47,631 nucleotides of DNA, from NCBI GenBank assembly GCA_041613275.1, contig JBFJHN010000001.1:1-47631 (forward strand), in the 5' to 3' direction. The notes under the pieces are model-generated. The model saw nothing but the letters and a program-made list of their open reading frames with translations, ran no database searches and had not been told where the DNA came from. Below are positions 31,772 through 39,166 of this stretch, in pieces; within the stretch, counting starts at the first letter, position 1, and every line of letters starts with the position of its first letter. A program made the translations under genes and the position numbers. This DNA is from Candidatus Krumholzibacteriia bacterium (GTDB taxonomy: Bacteria > Krumholzibacteriota > Krumholzibacteriia > G020349025).

Positions 31772-32530
31772 GTGAGTGAGTTCTATTTTGCCTGGGTAGG
31801 GTCGGCTATCGAGACAACGATGAAGAACTGGGACTGGCACTCGAAGCCTCTGAACATCCTGGCCGCGATGCCATACGCGAGGTCATACAAGCAATTCGTA
31901 GACAAGACAGGTTTCAAGGCTCGCGCAACGATCCTTGATTCGGGGGCGTTCAGCGCTTACGCCTCTGGCGCGCCGACAGACATCGACGCCCTGATCTGCG
32001 AAGCCCGAACAGAAGCGTGGAACGAAGTCGTGGCGCTTGACGTCATCGGTGACAGCGCCGCCTCGCGCGAGAACGCTCTCGCGATGAGAGCTGCCGGTCT
32101 CGAAGTGATGCCGGTCTTCCACTACGGCGAGCCGTGGGAGCTGCTGTCGGAGTATTGCAGCAAGTTTCACCGGGTAGGTATCTCGTGCCGCTTCGGGGAG
32201 CCGAAAGGCGACGCGCTGCGATGGGTTGATCAGTGCTTCGCGCGAGAGTGGCCCAAACTCTTCCACTCGTTTGGGTGGGTCTCTCGCGAAGTCCTTCTTG
32301 CGGTGCCGTTTGACAGCGCGGATTCTGGAGCGTGGACAAGCAGCTTGAGGTTCGGCATTTGGCATGGGTACGGGCGAAGAAACCTGGGCTATCGTGTCAA
32401 AGCTAAGGATCATGACGCGCGGGTTGACGTTCAGCATTTTTGGGGATTGCAAGAAGAGCTGCGTGGGACGTGGGGCGCGATGCTTCGCGAGCCGCGCGCA
32501 GCCAAGGAGAGAGAGAATGAATCGAAGTGA
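31772..32530 (+). CDS. dpdA: DpdA-like DNA 7-deazaguanine transglycosylase (TGT superfamily, short phage type)
   Basis: ILDSGAFSAY, FHSFGWVS and FDSADSGAWTS correspond to the alDSGgFs / HgFGvK / saDSmaWs blocks I recall from phage DpdA proteins. Embedded among the que genes. GTG 31772 lies 11 nt after AAGGAG. Confidence 0.75.
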   Translation: MSEFYFAWVGSAIETTMKNWDWHSKPLNILAAMPYARSYKQFVDKTGFKARATILDSGAFSAYASGAPTDIDALICEARTEAWNEVVALDVIGDSAASRENALAMRAAGLEVMPVFHYGEPWELLSEYCSKFHRVGISCRFGEPKGDALRWVDQCFAREWPKLFHSFGWVSREVLLAVPFDSADSGAWTSSLRFGIWHGYGRRNLGYRVKAKDHDARVDVQHFWGLQEELRGTWGAMLREPRAAKERENESK

Positions 32531-32957
32531 AGAAGTCGAGCACCTTGGCAGACCGTCGACGGCGTCGATCGAGCTGCCGCAAGCCGTGCGCTTCGAGCAG
32601 ACGCCGAAACCGCTGGACGGTGGCGGCGCTGGCTTTCGGGTCACGCTGAACTGTCGAGAGTTCACGAGCCGTTGCCCGGTGACAAGTCAACCGGACTACG
32701 CAGAGCTGCGAATCGAATACGAGCCGCGCGGCACGATCATCGAGACGAAGTCGCTCAAGCTCTACCTGCAGAAGTTTCGTGACCGCGCAGCGTTCAACGA
32801 AGAACTGTGTCAAGCGATCTGCGACGAGCTGTTCGCGCTGCTCGCGCCCGGCATGCTCTCAGTCGAGATGAGCTTCGCGCATCGCGGCGGCATCAGCGTG
32901 AACCCGAAAGCCGTTCGGTGGACGGATGACGACGAAGAAGAGCGAGTCGCGCCGTGA
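32517..32957 (+). CDS. queF: NADPH-dependent preQ0 reductase QueF (unimodular type)
   Basis: ATG 32517 after AAGGAGAGAGAGA, overlapping the dpdA end by 14 nt. Catalytic-Cys motif SRCPVTSQPDY and NADPH motif ETKSLKLYLQKFR. Confidence 0.8.
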   Translation: MNRSEEVEHLGRPSTASIELPQAVRFEQTPKPLDGGGAGFRVTLNCREFTSRCPVTSQPDYAELRIEYEPRGTIIETKSLKLYLQKFRDRAAFNEELCQAICDELFALLAPGMLSVEMSFAHRGGISVNPKAVRWTDDDEEERVAP

Positions 32958-33415
32958 GCAAGCTCACGTGCACGCGCCGCCTGCAGTGGTGCATGGGCCA
33001 TCGGCTCGTCGGTCACGAAGGGAAGTGCTCGATGCTCCACGGACACAACTACGTCGGCCTGTTCGAAGCGTCGGCGAACGATCTTGACGACGTCGGCAGG
33101 GTGATCGACTTTTCTGTGCTGAAAGAGCGCATCGGTGGATGGATTGAAGAGCGATGGGATCACGGCTTCTTGCTAGCAGAAGGCGACGTTTCCGGTATGG
33201 CGGCGCTCGCGACGCTCGAAGAGCTTCAGCGAGCCGAAGGCGAGCGCCCGCAGAAGTCGGCGTTCTTGCCCTACAACCCGACCGCTGAGAACATCGCGCG
33301 CTATCTCGGCGAGCACGTCTGCGCGAATGTGCTCGCAGACGTCGGCGTGCGCGTCGATCGCGTGACGGTGTGGGAGACCGAGAACTGCTTCGCGACCTGG
33401 GAGCGCAGCCGATGA
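32954..33415 (+). CDS. queD: 6-carboxy-5,6,7,8-tetrahydropterin synthase QueD
   Basis: GTGA overlap. GHRLVGHEGKCSMLHGHNY (CxxxHGH motif) and ..DHGFLL.. with the TVWETENCFA end, typical of the PTPS/QueD fold. Confidence 0.85.
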   Translation: MSKLTCTRRLQWCMGHRLVGHEGKCSMLHGHNYVGLFEASANDLDDVGRVIDFSVLKERIGGWIEERWDHGFLLAEGDVSGMAALATLEELQRAEGERPQKSAFLPYNPTAENIARYLGEHVCANVLADVGVRVDRVTVWETENCFATWERSR

Positions 33416-33696
33416 AGCACTCGAAGCGCGCGACAGAGATCGCGAACGACATTTTCAACCGGTACCCGGACTTGGTCGCGACGTACACGTCGAATAACTT
33501 CGGAGCAGTGCGCTTGTTCGATGCCGTCGCCGCCGCTCTCGAAGAAGCCATGATTCGAACGGCTCAAGAGTGCGAGCGCCGCATCAGCGGCATGAGCCGA
33601 CTCGGCGTGCGTGGCGGCGATCGTGGTGCCGACGAGATGCGCACCGTAGCCGCTGGCATCTGTCGGAGCGTCGCCGATGACGCGCGGAAGCGATGA
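33412..33696 (+). CDS. hypothetical protein (94 aa) inside the deazaguanine cluster
   Basis: ATGA overlap with queD. Begins MKHSKRATEIANDIFNRYPDLVATYTSNNFGAVRLFDAV... No motif recognised. Confidence 0.6.
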   Translation: MKHSKRATEIANDIFNRYPDLVATYTSNNFGAVRLFDAVAAALEEAMIRTAQECERRISGMSRLGVRGGDRGADEMRTVAAGICRSVADDARKR

Positions 33697-33913
33697 GCAG
33701 CTCGGCCTGGAGCTTGTCGAGCCGAGTCCGTGCCAAGCGGGCGACGTCGTTCGCTGGCACGAGAGCATCTTCAATTTATACCCGGCAAGCGGCGTCGTCG
33801 TCGTGGTCGACAGCGCGCGCCGCGCGGCGAGTGTCGAGCGTGCCGGTCGACTCGTCGACGTGCCGCTGTCGAGAATCGAAGGGGTCGTGAAATGCGCGAA
33901 GAGTTCCCCATAA
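33677..33913 (+). CDS. hypothetical protein (78 aa) inside the deazaguanine cluster
   Basis: ORF-track 33677..33913. Overlaps its neighbours by 20 and 22 nt. Composition is better than the competing Ser/Arg-rich frame 33693..33890. Confidence 0.5.
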   Translation: MTRGSDEQLGLELVEPSPCQAGDVVRWHESIFNLYPASGVVVVVDSARRAASVERAGRLVDVPLSRIEGVVKCAKSSP

Positions 33914-34398
33914 GCATCACCGCGAGCAGCCCGCGCGTCGACACGCTGCGTCGAGCGCGACTGAGACTGCTCGACGAACTGTCCGAGCGCGGCAAGGGCA
34001 CGTGCCCATGCTGCGGACGGATCGCGCGGTATCGGCGCGTGGCTCTCTCAAGCGGTCTCGCGTGGTTTCTCATCCGTCTCTACAAGCTCGGACTTTTCTC
34101 GGATGGTCGATGGGTGCACTACTCGGACGCGGTCTCTCGCGGCTCGAAAAAGCTCGGCGGCTTGAGCTACGGCGATCTGCGACACTGGAAGCTCATCGAG
34201 CCGCGCTACGACGCGAAGCCGGGGCAATGGCGACTGACGCATCACGGCAAGCTCTTCGTCAACGGAGAGCGCTCGGTCGAGAAGCGGCTTCTCATCTTCG
34301 ACGGCAAGGTGCGCAAGCGGAGCGAAGAGACGACCACCATCAAGCAAGCGCTCGGCACGCGCTTCGACTATGACGATCTGATGAAGGGGGTTCTGTGA
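33892..34398 (+). CDS. zinc-ribbon plus winged-helix-like protein (168 aa) inside the deazaguanine cluster
   Basis: ATG 33892. GKGTCPCCGRIARYRRVALSSGLAWFLIRLYKL...YGDLRHWKLIEP...GQWRLTHHGKLFVNG recalls a phage family of putative DNA-binding proteins (from memory). Confidence 0.6.
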   Translation: MREEFPISITASSPRVDTLRRARLRLLDELSERGKGTCPCCGRIARYRRVALSSGLAWFLIRLYKLGLFSDGRWVHYSDAVSRGSKKLGGLSYGDLRHWKLIEPRYDAKPGQWRLTHHGKLFVNGERSVEKRLLIFDGKVRKRSEETTTIKQALGTRFDYDDLMKGVL

Positions 34399-35189
34399 GC
34401 GACAAGACGTACAGAGTGAATGAAGTCTTCTATAGCGTGCAGGGCGAGGGCGCGCTCGTCGGCACGCCGATGGTCTTCATCCGCCTCTCGCGGTGCAACC
34501 TGCGCTGCTCGATGGAACCGGGCGAGAAGTCCCCTGGCGGCTTCGACTGCGACACGGAGTTCGAGAGCGGTCGGCGACTGACGCTCGGCGAGATTCTCGG
34601 CGAAGTGCTCGAAGCGCTCGACGAAGGACTCGCGAGCGTCGCTGGCTTGGTCGGAGTCTTGCGCTCTGGAGAGATCGAGCTGCACGGCTTGCATCCTTGG
34701 CTCTTGCTGACTGGCGGCGAGCCAGCTCTACAAGTCGACACCGAGTTCTGCGAGTACTTCCGCTCGCGCGGCTTTCGGCTCGCGATCGAGACGAACGGCT
34801 CGATGCTGCTGCCGAAGCGCGAGATGGGCGCTCTGTGGCGACCGCCAGACATGTGCATCGACGACGAGCTGACGCGCTTCCCGTTCGACCACATCACCGT
34901 CTCGCCGAAAGTCGCCGAGCATGCCGTGCGCCAGCTCTACGCGCACGAGCTGCGCTACGTGAGAGCGCACGGTCAGTCGATCCCCGAGCCGCGCTGCCAA
35001 GCTCTGCAGAGGTTCATTAGTCCGGCGTGGTCTGCCGAGAGCGCGCGACCGTTCGAAGGGCTCACTGCAGCAGACTCGCGCTTGAGTCGCGAGACGCGCG
35101 ACAACGCTTCGTGGTGCGTCGATCTTGTGAAGTCTAACCCCGACTGGCGACTCTCGCTGCAGACTCACAAGCTGCTCGGAGTGCGGTGA
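34395..35189 (+). CDS. queE: 7-carboxy-7-deazaguanine synthase QueE (radical SAM)
   Basis: GTGA overlap. YRVNEVFYSVQGEGALVGTPMVFIRLSRCNLRCSMEPGEKSPGGFDCDTEF, then LLLTGGEPAL, IETNG and ITVSPK. Confidence 0.85.
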   Translation: MSDKTYRVNEVFYSVQGEGALVGTPMVFIRLSRCNLRCSMEPGEKSPGGFDCDTEFESGRRLTLGEILGEVLEALDEGLASVAGLVGVLRSGEIELHGLHPWLLLTGGEPALQVDTEFCEYFRSRGFRLAIETNGSMLLPKREMGALWRPPDMCIDDELTRFPFDHITVSPKVAEHAVRQLYAHELRYVRAHGQSIPEPRCQALQRFISPAWSAESARPFEGLTAADSRLSRETRDNASWCVDLVKSNPDWRLSLQTHKLLGVR

Positions 35190-35812
35190 TGAACGACGCC
35201 GGTTACAGGCGCTTTCCGAAGCTCACTGAGCACCAGCTCACGCAGCTGACAGAGAAAGCAATTGAGGGCGTCGGCGCGCTCATCTGTCTGTGCAAGGGCG
35301 AGCCGAAGTTTCGGCACTCCGTTCTCGAAGAGACGCGGCTGCGCGTCGTGCGCGCGCTGATCGAGATGGGGCGCGGCTACGAAGAGCGGCCCGAAGACAT
35401 TCTCTCGAAGACGTTCGAAGCCGACGCCGATGAGATCATCGTCGTGAGCGACATTCGCTTCTCGTCGCTCTGCGAGCACCACCTAATGCCCTTCGTCGGC
35501 GCGTGCCACGTCGGCTACTTGCCGGGGGAGTCTGGACGCGTCGTCGGCTTGTCGAAGATTCCGCGACTCGTCGAGTGCTTCGCTCGGCGACTGCAGCTCC
35601 AAGAGCGTCTGACGCGCGAGATCGCGCAAGCGCTGGTCGACTGTCTCGACGTTGCCGGAGCTGGCGTCGTGATGCGCGCCGAGCACTCGTGCACGGCTTG
35701 TCGCGGCGTGCGCAAAGAGGGGTCGTCGATGGTGACGAGCGCAATGCTCGGTCGCTTCCGAGAAGACGAGGGTGCGCGCTTCGAGCTTCTGCGGCTCATG
35801 GAGATTCGATGA
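35186..35812 (+). CDS. folE: GTP cyclohydrolase I (FolE type)
   Basis: SDIRFSSLCEHHLMPFVGACHVGYLP..VVGLSKIPRLVECFARRLQLQERLT..VMRAEHSCTACRGV. Start is GTG 35186 (GTGA) or ATG 35189. Confidence 0.95.
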   Translation: MMNDAGYRRFPKLTEHQLTQLTEKAIEGVGALICLCKGEPKFRHSVLEETRLRVVRALIEMGRGYEERPEDILSKTFEADADEIIVVSDIRFSSLCEHHLMPFVGACHVGYLPGESGRVVGLSKIPRLVECFARRLQLQERLTREIAQALVDCLDVAGAGVVMRAEHSCTACRGVRKEGSSMVTSAMLGRFREDEGARFELLRLMEIR

Positions 35813-36249
35813 AGACGGCGATCGTCGGTGAGTGCCGAGAGCAGAGCGCGCGCTCGATCGAGCTGCTCGCTCGCGTCGCATGGACCGATGCGGCGACTGT
35901 ACGCGAGAGGGCGCCGTGCTTCGACTTGCTGCGCAGCGAGAGCTTCAAGATGATCGACGGACGGCTCGCCGCGCGCGAGCTGCGCTCGGAGCTTGAAGGG
36001 CTGCGCGTCGTCTTGCTCGGCTCGCGTGTCGCTCGGTGCTTCAACGTGACGCCGCCACAAGACGCACCAGCGCTGTTCTTGTGGCGCTTCGGCGTGAAGC
36101 TCTACGGACGCGCGACCGAGTCCGTCGCCGTCGTCACGAGCCGCGCTGACAGCGTGTGGTACGGCGAAGCCGCCGAGCAAGCGAGCGCGTTCGTGCGGAG
36201 CGCTCTCGGCATGAAGGTCGAGCAAGAGCGGCAGAGAAAGATCTTGTGA
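35809..36249 (+). CDS. hypothetical protein (146 aa) coupled to folE
   Basis: ATGA overlap with folE. MKTAIVGECREQ...LRVVLLGSRVARCF faintly recalls the UDG-superfamily layout (IVGE.P ... vvLLG..A). Very weak. Confidence 0.55.
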   Translation: MKTAIVGECREQSARSIELLARVAWTDAATVRERAPCFDLLRSESFKMIDGRLAARELRSELEGLRVVLLGSRVARCFNVTPPQDAPALFLWRFGVKLYGRATESVAVVTSRADSVWYGEAAEQASAFVRSALGMKVEQERQRKIL

Positions 36250-36329
36250 TCCCGAAACCGGATGGGGTAGCGTGAAACGAACCAGCGAGCGCGCAAGACT
36301 GAGCGCACGCACAACCAGGGAGAGAGAGA

Positions 36330-36728
36330 ATGGTCAACAAAGTATTTCTCGTCGGCTATCTCGGCGGCGATCCAGACGTGCGGTCGACGCCGAACGGCAA
36401 GCCGGTCGCGACGTTCTCCGTCGCCACAAGCCAGAAATGGCGCGACCGAGACGGCAACCGCCAAGAGAAAACAGAGTGGCACTCCGTCGTCTGTTGGGAG
36501 CGGAACGCGGAAGTCGCCGGTCAGTACTTGACGAAGGGCCAGCTCGTACACGTCGAGGGGCGGATCGAGACGCGCTCGTGGGAAGACAAGCAGACCGGCG
36601 ACAAGCGGTACAAGACGGAAGTCATCTGCGACCGCTTTCAGATGCTCGGCGGTGGCTCGCGCAGCACCGAAGAGCGAGAGCGCACGGCGAACTACCGAGA
36701 CGACGACGAAGACGACATTCCGTTCTAG
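36330..36728 (+). CDS. ssb: single-stranded DNA-binding protein
   Basis: MVNKVFLVGYLGGDPDVRSTPNGKPVATFSVATSQKWRDRDGNRQEKTEWHSVVCW OB-fold pattern with an acidic C-terminal tip DDDEDDIPF. Confidence 0.95.
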   Translation: MVNKVFLVGYLGGDPDVRSTPNGKPVATFSVATSQKWRDRDGNRQEKTEWHSVVCWERNAEVAGQYLTKGQLVHVEGRIETRSWEDKQTGDKRYKTEVICDRFQMLGGGSRSTEERERTANYRDDDEDDIPF

Positions 36729-36731
36729 CTC

Positions 36732-37211
36732 GTGGGCTGGCGTTCAAAGCGGATCCCCGTCGTCTCTCTGCTCGTGCCGATTCAGCGGAGAGTGAGCAAG
36801 ACGCTGCTCACGATCGCAGAGCGCGAGTTGCGCTCCGGCAAGTACCTACCGCCGCGCGTGAGAGAGAAGGGCGATGGCATGGCCGAAGTCGTGCGCGGCG
36901 AGTACGTCGTGCTCGCGGCGAGACAGCTCGGCGTCTCCGAGCTGCGCGTGCTCGTGTGTGTCGCTGGCGACGACGGACCGCCGATGAGCAAGCCGGTCTT
37001 TTTGACTTCCGAGCAGAGACCCATCTTCGACGCCGCCGCACGGCGCGTGCGAGAGATCGAGGGCGACGAGTCGCTTCGAGACGGTCGCTGCTTGGAGCTG
37101 ATTTGCGCAGACTTCTTGAGCGGCGCTGGATGGCCCGAAAAGCGGCTCGTAAGCCACGAAGCGCCGTCAGGGGTGGCTCGGTATGTGTCCGAGCCGGATC
37201 GTACGGAATAG
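36732..37211 (+). CDS. ParB N-terminal-domain protein, paralog 2
   Basis: RIPVVSLLVPIQRR...LPPRV...EVVRGEYVVLAARQLGVSELRVLVCV is ParB-box-like. C-terminal FLTSEQRPIFDAAARRVREIEGDESLRDGRCLELICADFLSG parallels VVTMEQYEVVMRAVEAMRRVESDASISPGRAMELISADYLSG of 30300..30977. Confidence 0.55.
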   Translation: MGWRSKRIPVVSLLVPIQRRVSKTLLTIAERELRSGKYLPPRVREKGDGMAEVVRGEYVVLAARQLGVSELRVLVCVAGDDGPPMSKPVFLTSEQRPIFDAAARRVREIEGDESLRDGRCLELICADFLSGAGWPEKRLVSHEAPSGVARYVSEPDRTE

Positions 37212-37239
37212 ACGCACTGAGCCGCGAAGGATGGCAAGA

Positions 37240-37650
37240 ATGCAAGACGTGAGAATCGACCTCCCGGTGCCGATCGGGCCGAAGGTGGTCACTCGGAAGA
37301 GGAGCGAGCGCGAGCAGAAGCTCGACGACTTGTGCACGCTGGTCGAAGAGATCGACGGCGTCGGCGGCGAGTTGAGCGCGCTCCGCAAGAAAGAGAAAGA
37401 GCTGCGCGAAGACGTGCAGTCGCTCTCGGTCGAGATTCGCGACCAGGAGCGGCTAGAGCCGGTCACGTGCGAGCAAGTGCCGATTCACGACCGGCAGCAA
37501 GTCGTCGTGATTCGTCGCGACACCGACGAGATCGTGAACGTGCGCGAGATGAACGAAGTCGAAGCGACGCAAGTCGAGATCGGCGACGATGACACCGAGC
37601 GCGTCGACGAAGTCGTGAAGCGGCTCGACGCGGGGGAGTACAAGCCGTGA
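37240..37650 (+). CDS. hypothetical coiled-coil protein (136 aa)
   Basis: ATG 37240 lies 9 nt after GAAGGA. Begins MQDVRIDLPVPIGPKVVTRKRSEREQKLDDLCTLVEEIDGVGGELSALRKKEKELRED... Confidence 0.6.
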   Translation: MQDVRIDLPVPIGPKVVTRKRSEREQKLDDLCTLVEEIDGVGGELSALRKKEKELREDVQSLSVEIRDQERLEPVTCEQVPIHDRQQVVVIRRDTDEIVNVREMNEVEATQVEIGDDDTERVDEVVKRLDAGEYKP

Positions 37651-37799
37651 GCGTTAAGAGAGCTGTCGAGATGGTCGACAAGGTCTTCGAAGACACGACC
37701 GTCGACCAGTCCGAGACGTATCGCCGCCTACAGCGGATCATCGAGCACTGTCGCGAGCTGCAGAACGCGCTCGACGACGCCGAGCAGAATCAGCGCTGA
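37647..37799 (+). CDS. micro-ORF (50 aa), hypothetical
   Basis: GTG 37647 overlaps TGA (GTGA). Sequence VSVKRAVEMVDKVFEDTTVDQSETYRRLQRIIEHCRELQNALDDAEQNQR. Fills the gap exactly up to the next ATG (37801). Too short for the ORF track. Confidence 0.5.
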   Translation: MSVKRAVEMVDKVFEDTTVDQSETYRRLQRIIEHCRELQNALDDAEQNQR

Positions 37800-37800
37800 C

Positions 37801-38031
37801 ATGGCGCGCTGCAAGGGTTGCGACAAGCGGATCGTGTGGGGCGTGGACTCGAAGACCGGAAAGCCGGTCCCGCTCGACCCGGTTGCGCCGACGTACCGAG
37901 TGCTGAAGCACGATGCGTCTGGAGCTTCCGTGGTCGAGCTGCTACCGATCGGCGAAGACGGCGAGCGCGCGAGCATGGTCTCTCACTTCGCCACGTGTCC
38001 GAAGGCGAGCCAGTTCAGCTCGAAGCGATGA
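37801..38031 (+). CDS. small zinc-binding protein (76 aa; CxxC...H..CP)
   Basis: MARCKGCDKRIVWGVDSKTGKPVPLDP...VSHFATCPKASQF is a recurrent small phage family pattern (function unknown). Confidence 0.65.
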   Translation: MARCKGCDKRIVWGVDSKTGKPVPLDPVAPTYRVLKHDASGASVVELLPIGEDGERASMVSHFATCPKASQFSSKR

Positions 38032-38498
38032 AGCGGAGCGCGCTCAAGCGGAAGACGCCGCTCCGCAAGCGTCGCGGTCGAAGCGGCAAGGCGTCGCGCG
38101 AGCGCTACAAGCTGCGCAGACTCAAGCGCTACCGCGACTCGGTCGCGGGACCGTACCGCGGGTACGATCACGGGCAGTTCGTGCGAGACGCCGGATGTGC
38201 GCTGCACTCGGACAGCCGACAGTGCGTCGGCGCTGTTCAAGCGGCGCACGTCCGGCCCCGCTCTCGTGGCGGCACGTGGCGCGAGCAAGTCGGTCTCTGC
38301 GTGCTCGCTCATGTCGAGTTCGACGTGCATCTTGCGAACTCGCCGATGCGCTTCGAATCGAAGCACGGCATCGACCTTGAGCAGCTCGCCGAGCACTACG
38401 CTCTCAGTGCGGAGCTGCGAGCGCGCGAGAATCCCGGTCGCTGGACGACGGACACGCTGCGTCGCTGTGACGAGCTGCTCGAAGAGGAACCGTCGTGA
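38028..38498 (+). CDS. putative HNH-like/DUF1364-like zinc-binding nuclease-fold protein (156 aa)
   Basis: ATGA overlap. Basic N-terminus MKRSALKRKTPLRKRRG, then GCALHSDSRQCVGAVQAAHVRPRSRGG...GLCVLAHVEFD, which resembles C..C.G.v.aHH..R..GG...plC..HH with substitutions. Confidence 0.4.
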   Translation: MKRSALKRKTPLRKRRGRSGKASRERYKLRRLKRYRDSVAGPYRGYDHGQFVRDAGCALHSDSRQCVGAVQAAHVRPRSRGGTWREQVGLCVLAHVEFDVHLANSPMRFESKHGIDLEQLAEHYALSAELRARENPGRWTTDTLRRCDELLEEEPS

Positions 38499-38971
38499 AG
38501 CTCAAAGTCTTCATTCCCGGCGAGCCGCGCGTCTACAAGCTGCAAGCGCGCGTGATCCGTGCCGGTCGCGGCGGCGAGAAGGCGCGAGCGCAGCTCTACG
38601 AGAAGCCGGAGAGCCGAAGCTGGAAGGGTGTCGTGCAGCACCACATGATCGAAGCCGTCTCGAAGCATGGCGCGGCTCTGCCGATGTTCCAGCGCGGCGC
38701 GCTCGGTCTCGTGGTGCGCGTGACGTGGCCCTTGCCGAAGTCGAAGCGGCGGAAGAAGCCGGTACCGGAGTCGTGGCGCGAGCAGATGCCAGACGGCTCG
38801 AATGCGCTGAAAGCGATCGAAGACGCCGGAAACGGCGTCGTGTGGTACGACGACAAGCAGATCGCCTACGTGCGCTTGGAGAAGACGACAGCCGCGCAAG
38901 GCGGCTCGTTCGGTACGTGGATCGAAGTCTTTCGACTGCCGAGCTTCGTGCAGTCACGGATGGAGGGATAG
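38495..38971 (+). CDS. rusA: RusA-family Holliday junction resolvase
   Basis: GTGA overlap. MKLKVFIPGEPRVYK...LVVRVTWPLPKS...MPDGSNALKAIEDAGNGVVWYDDKQIAYVRLEK fits RusA (kpD.DN..K...Da......DD.qi). Confidence 0.8.
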   Translation: MKLKVFIPGEPRVYKLQARVIRAGRGGEKARAQLYEKPESRSWKGVVQHHMIEAVSKHGAALPMFQRGALGLVVRVTWPLPKSKRRKKPVPESWREQMPDGSNALKAIEDAGNGVVWYDDKQIAYVRLEKTTAAQGGSFGTWIEVFRLPSFVQSRMEG

Positions 38972-38974
38972 CCG

Positions 38975-39166
38975 ATGAAAGCCCTTGTGACGAGTCCGAC
39001 GAGAGAGTACGAAGAGCGAAGTGTGCGCGAGAGTCTCGCGATCTTGGTCTCGATGCTCTGCGCGTTCTTCTGTCACTGGCGAGCGGACGTCGCAGCTCGT
39101 CGCGTGGCGCGCTGGAGAGCGCGCGCTGACGTGTTCGCGGTAGCGAGAAAGAGAAGCGAGCGGTAA
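38975..39166 (+). CDS. small hypothetical protein (63 aa), one hydrophobic helix
   Basis: GGAGGG SD, with the segment ESLAILVSMLCAFFCHW. Confidence 0.5.
   Translation: MKALVTSPTREYEERSVRESLAILVSMLCAFFCHWRADVAARRVARWRARADVFAVARKRSER

Noticed and set aside
33693-33890. Alternative frame ORF 33693..33890, whose ATG overlaps the stop of 33412..33696 (ATGA-style).
   Set aside because: The translation is Ser/Arg/Ala-rich (MSSSAWSLSSRVRAKRATSFAGTRASS..). The competing frame 33677..33913 has balanced composition, although its 20-nt overlap is less typical for this genome.
36272-37252. 326-aa plus-strand ORF 36272..37252, and the 444-aa version of 27058..28392.
   Set aside because: Their Arg-rich N-terminal parts are out-of-frame readings over the SSB/ParB-like and ERF genes. 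Only the 3' part of 27058..28392 (from ATG 27709) is coding-like.
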